From contig OZ316892.1 of NCBI GenBank assembly GCA_973895155.1, positions 22,173,168 to 22,237,167 on the forward strand: DNA of 64,000 nucleotides. Reading direction: 5' to 3'. Below are positions 60,471 through 64,000 of the stretch, in pieces. Below the pieces are notes generated by a model. The model made no database searches. It had not been told where the DNA came from and worked only from the letters and a program-made list of their open reading frames with translations. The number at the start of each line of letters is the position of its first letter. Position 1 is the first letter of the stretch. Both the position numbers and the translations under genes were made by a program. The DNA is from Marsupella aquatica (taxonomy: Eukaryota > Plantae > Marchantiophyta).

Positions 60471-63229
60471 ATTACAAAGGTGTACTTACGTAAGAGATTT
60501 GAGTGCAAATGAGGAGATGTCCTGCCCACCTCAGTCTCACGGAGTACAAGCAATGTCCAAAATAACTTGGCTCTGGTTTATGTGTGCTCTACACAGACAG
60601 CAAAATGTTAAACGCAATCAGTCAAGCAGACTTGGATAAAGTGTTCAGAGTGAAAGAGAAGTTTATTCAAAAAGGCAAGACTGAGAATATTCAAAGCAGG
60701 CCGCAGTCTATTCTACTGCTCAGGACACAAAGGGTAGGTCTAATGCACGACGTCCCTTATCGTAGCTCCAATCCACTGATGCGGCTCATTGAATCCCAAA
60801 CTCCAGCTGACGCTTTGCAAAGGGGAAGAAAAGCAAAGGGGAAGCAACTGCAAACGCAATAAGCTAAGACAACAATCTCATAGGAGAGAAAACAGGATTG
60901 GGAGAGAGGCAAAGCAAACAAGACTCTGTAAAAACTACTTGGTCCTTGGTGACCCTACAACAAGAACCAAACTTCCAAGAAGGGAAAAATGGCCAAGGCA
61001 TGACAAGACGCAGCTCGGTTAATCGAACTAGCAGCTTGCTTGTACATTAGTTGCTCTATCCTTCTGAACTCAAACTGAAAAAAAATGCTTCCCGTCCCTG
61101 CCAGTGTGGAGCGCAGCTCTACCTTAGTTGCAGTTCTGTCCTTCACTATTTAAGCTGAAATCCGGTTGATAGCTGACTGTGCAATCCGGTTGATAGCTGC
61201 TGCTGGTACTCGCCAGACAGGCCCTTCACTGAAATTGAAAACAAAATTTGAGACCATGGGGCAGTGTAAGTGAAAATGAAAGCATTAAAAAGCAACTGAG
61301 TAGTCTTAGGGATTGAGGTGAGGTTTTAGTTTGCTTTGGCACAGAAAAAAGGAGCGAATGCTGGGCCTAGTCATGGGGTAAAAAATGTCATTGCGTATGG
61401 CATTTGGAAAGCTAGAAAAACAGACAGAGGGGTCCAAAAGCATTCATGAGCTAAACGAGAGCTCTACACACAATAGTAGCAACAAATCAATCAAGAAGAA
61501 CACATTACAACACACATAAGTAATTACAAGAAGTAGGATTTAGCATTGACAAAATACCTGGTATTGACCACTCGCAGGACAATGTAGTCTCAACCACCAA
61601 GCAAGACTAAAATGAAAGCAAAGTGGAAACAAAAGCATAAGCAAAAGGAAAACAAAAATGGGGATGCAAAGAAAATGGCTAAGACATGATAGAAGAAAAG
61701 CAAACGGCCAAGGCATGTCAGGACGCAGCTCAAAGCGAGAACACAAGAGGCAAGCAATTGAGAGCAAAGTCAAGAAGGACCAAAAATGATGTAGCTAGAT
61801 ACACACCAGCAACCGGAAACTCCCTTTAAGCTGCAGGAACACTGCTGTTTGTTGATTGTTGCTGCTGCTATTGCTTCGCGCCCACCCGCTAGTTCGCCCA
61901 GGCCTGCAGCGCACCTCAGGAGCAGGAAGTCTCTTCAGAATTGCAGGTCCGGGCTCGAGCTCAAGTGTCAACAACAGTGGAAAGGGAGCGAGCGAGCAAT
62001 TCCCTTTAGGGCCCTAATGCGCAACTTGCGAAGCCTCGAGCTCAAGTGTCAACAACCGTGGAAAGGGAGCGAGCGAGCAAATCCCTTTAGGGCCCTAATG
62101 TGCAACTTGCGAAGCCCACCTCGCTGCTTCACAGAAGGTCCGAGCAGTTAGCACTCCTCTTTGCTGGTCGCTGCTGCACTGATTGCTCACAGGTAGACTT
62201 CCCTTTCACCACAGAAAATCCCACCAGAACTTCAATCAGCTAAGGAGCGATGGCGGCAGTAGGCAGCAGTAAGGAGTTCCCCCGAGAGTAAACAAGTTTG
62301 CGATCGATGGCAAACTTAGGAGGTCAGTCCTAGGGCAGCTTCCAATTGCCCACAATACAATGCGCGGCCCTCCTCCACCCTAAAATGCAGTCCCGAGTCT
62401 AAGCTGAAATCCACAGAGAAAACCCCAAGGGCCAACTAAACGCCCGATGCTGCTTGTGCGGATGTGTGTGCGACTGCGCTGTGCCTCTTTTTGCCTTGAA
62501 AACCTCCACATTCGATATGCTCGTCCCAATATTATTCAGGAAAATGGAATCCAATGAGCCAGGAGTGCTTGGGGAGGTTCCTGCCCGTGACAAAGACCAG
62601 GGCCGGGGGATTGAGGGGATTACATGTGCTCAACGTGTGGACGGTGGAGATTGCATCCAAATGGGACTATGTACGGGAACAACTCAGACCATCCAGATGA
62701 AGGGAGACTAGGGCCTTATTCCCCCAATTAAGGACTTAAGAAGGCGTTGTTAATAGGGGGTGGGGAAAACTTTGCACCACCCAGTACTATTTTCTCACCC
62801 CCAAAAGTGCACATATTACTAAGACGCCCTGTAGAGGAATTCAAATTCTGATAAGCCCCCTTCAATTGCAAAGCAATCCATCAGCCGTAAGCAAGAGAAA
62901 TCATTATTTATATGTGTGCCTTAGTTAAAGTCGAGGTAGCGGCCTAAATAAAATTGTTTTGGAGGTAATTTAAAGAAGTTAGTAAGCTTAAAAAAATATG
63001 AATTATAAACCGGCCCACTACAATAAATGATAAAAATTGAGAACTTCAGCACATCTGGACTCTAATGGAATATTAATTTTCTTGTCTCATAATCAATCAC
63101 ACACCTGACAGATCGACCACACCAGAACACGAGTCATTATGTATGGCAGACATGACTAGATCGCATTGACATCTCTAATGACTGTTTTGCATGTCATTTA
63201 GGGTTTTTGACGGCTATTGGCACTCTACA

Positions 63230-64000
63230 AATGACCACAACCTTTAATTGCAACCCTAAACCCCACACCATGTGGGGCGGGTAGCATCCTTATTAGTGGC
63301 CCCTATCACCAGGCAAGATAGCCGATCAGCACCCTGAGGCTCCAAAGAGGCATATTGTCCATGGCATGCATGACTCCCGCATTGACATGAACAATGACTA
63401 GTTTCTAAGTCATTGGCATAAATGACATGTCAACGCACTACACAAATGACAACTGAGAAATTTCAGTCACCTAGGGAAATAACTGAAAATTCTTTGGGAA
63501 TGACCAAACGGGAGGGAATTGGACCCCTCAAATGGACAAATCATTCCAAAGTAGTAAAAGTTGGGAGTGTTTTTCCCGAGGTTTGTTGATGCCCTTGCTT
63601 GGTGTAAAAAGTTGGCTACAAAAACCCTTTAGGAGACAAAGTGGCATGACTAGTGGCCCAGGGTTCATGAGTACCCTATCCCGCACCATGTGGAGTGGAT
63701 ATCATCCCCAATGGCCGGCTACGATCACAAATATTGCCAATCAGCCCCCGATGGCCCGAACGAGTCATATTGTCCACGGCATGCATGATTGCAACATTGA
63801 CATCATGAATGACGGATTTTTGTGTCATTAGCACCAATGACGTCTCCCGGCACTCCATAAATGACAAAAACCCTTAGTCATGTGCACAAATGACTCCAAA
63901 TCCCTTGCAAATGACCAAATGGGGGTTATTTGCATCCCTTTGGGCAAATGAGTCCAAAGTCATACAACTTGGGAGTGTTTTGCCCAAAGTTGGGCCATGC
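63230..64000. repeat. Diverged ~418-bp tandem repeat (about 2 copies visible), related to the CACTA-2 array
   Basis: CACCATGTGG at ~63266 and 63684. CATATTGTCCA.GGCATGCATGA at ~63351 and 63766. Confidence 0.7.

Larger units (their letters stand above)
59697..64000 (-). mobile_element. Part of a third CACTA-family element in inverted orientation
   Basis: The PHD gene is on the minus strand. From ~63170 there are AATGAC-rich repeats, and 63955-64000 is a reverse-complement relative of the GCATG...CACTCCCAAGT..TATGACTTTGG segment of the CACTA-2 array. No TIR lies in the window. Confidence 0.6.

Overview
Land-plant genomic DNA (GT-AG introns, TTTAGGG motifs, a fragment of an STR-clade ABCG gene; the exact lineage cannot be read from the sequence). 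Almost the whole window is nested transposons, and I found no intact resident host gene. From left to right: the terminus of a CACTA element with a 705-bp tandem array; decayed copies of a TG..CA element split by two solo LTRs and a non-autonomous Bianca-type Copia element; a roughly 12.5-kb Mutator-like element (GCM-like/DDE/SWIM transposase pseudogene, three tandem arrays, two F-box genes); a 26.3-kb CACTA element (33374-59696); and part of a third, oppositely oriented CACTA relative. Main leads: (1) two divergent CACTA elements each carry a stand-alone EDM2-type composite PHD cassette inward of long subterminal arrays, a candidate transposon-encoded chromatin reader or anti-silencing system; (2) two young 143-bp-LTR elements share one chassis but hold different cargo at the same junctions, one being the 5' exon of an STR-like mycorrhizal ABCG transporter; (3) a 4.67-kb solo-LTR-like unit contains an intact 1210-codon ORF. 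All family and domain calls come from visual motif recognition, not database searches.
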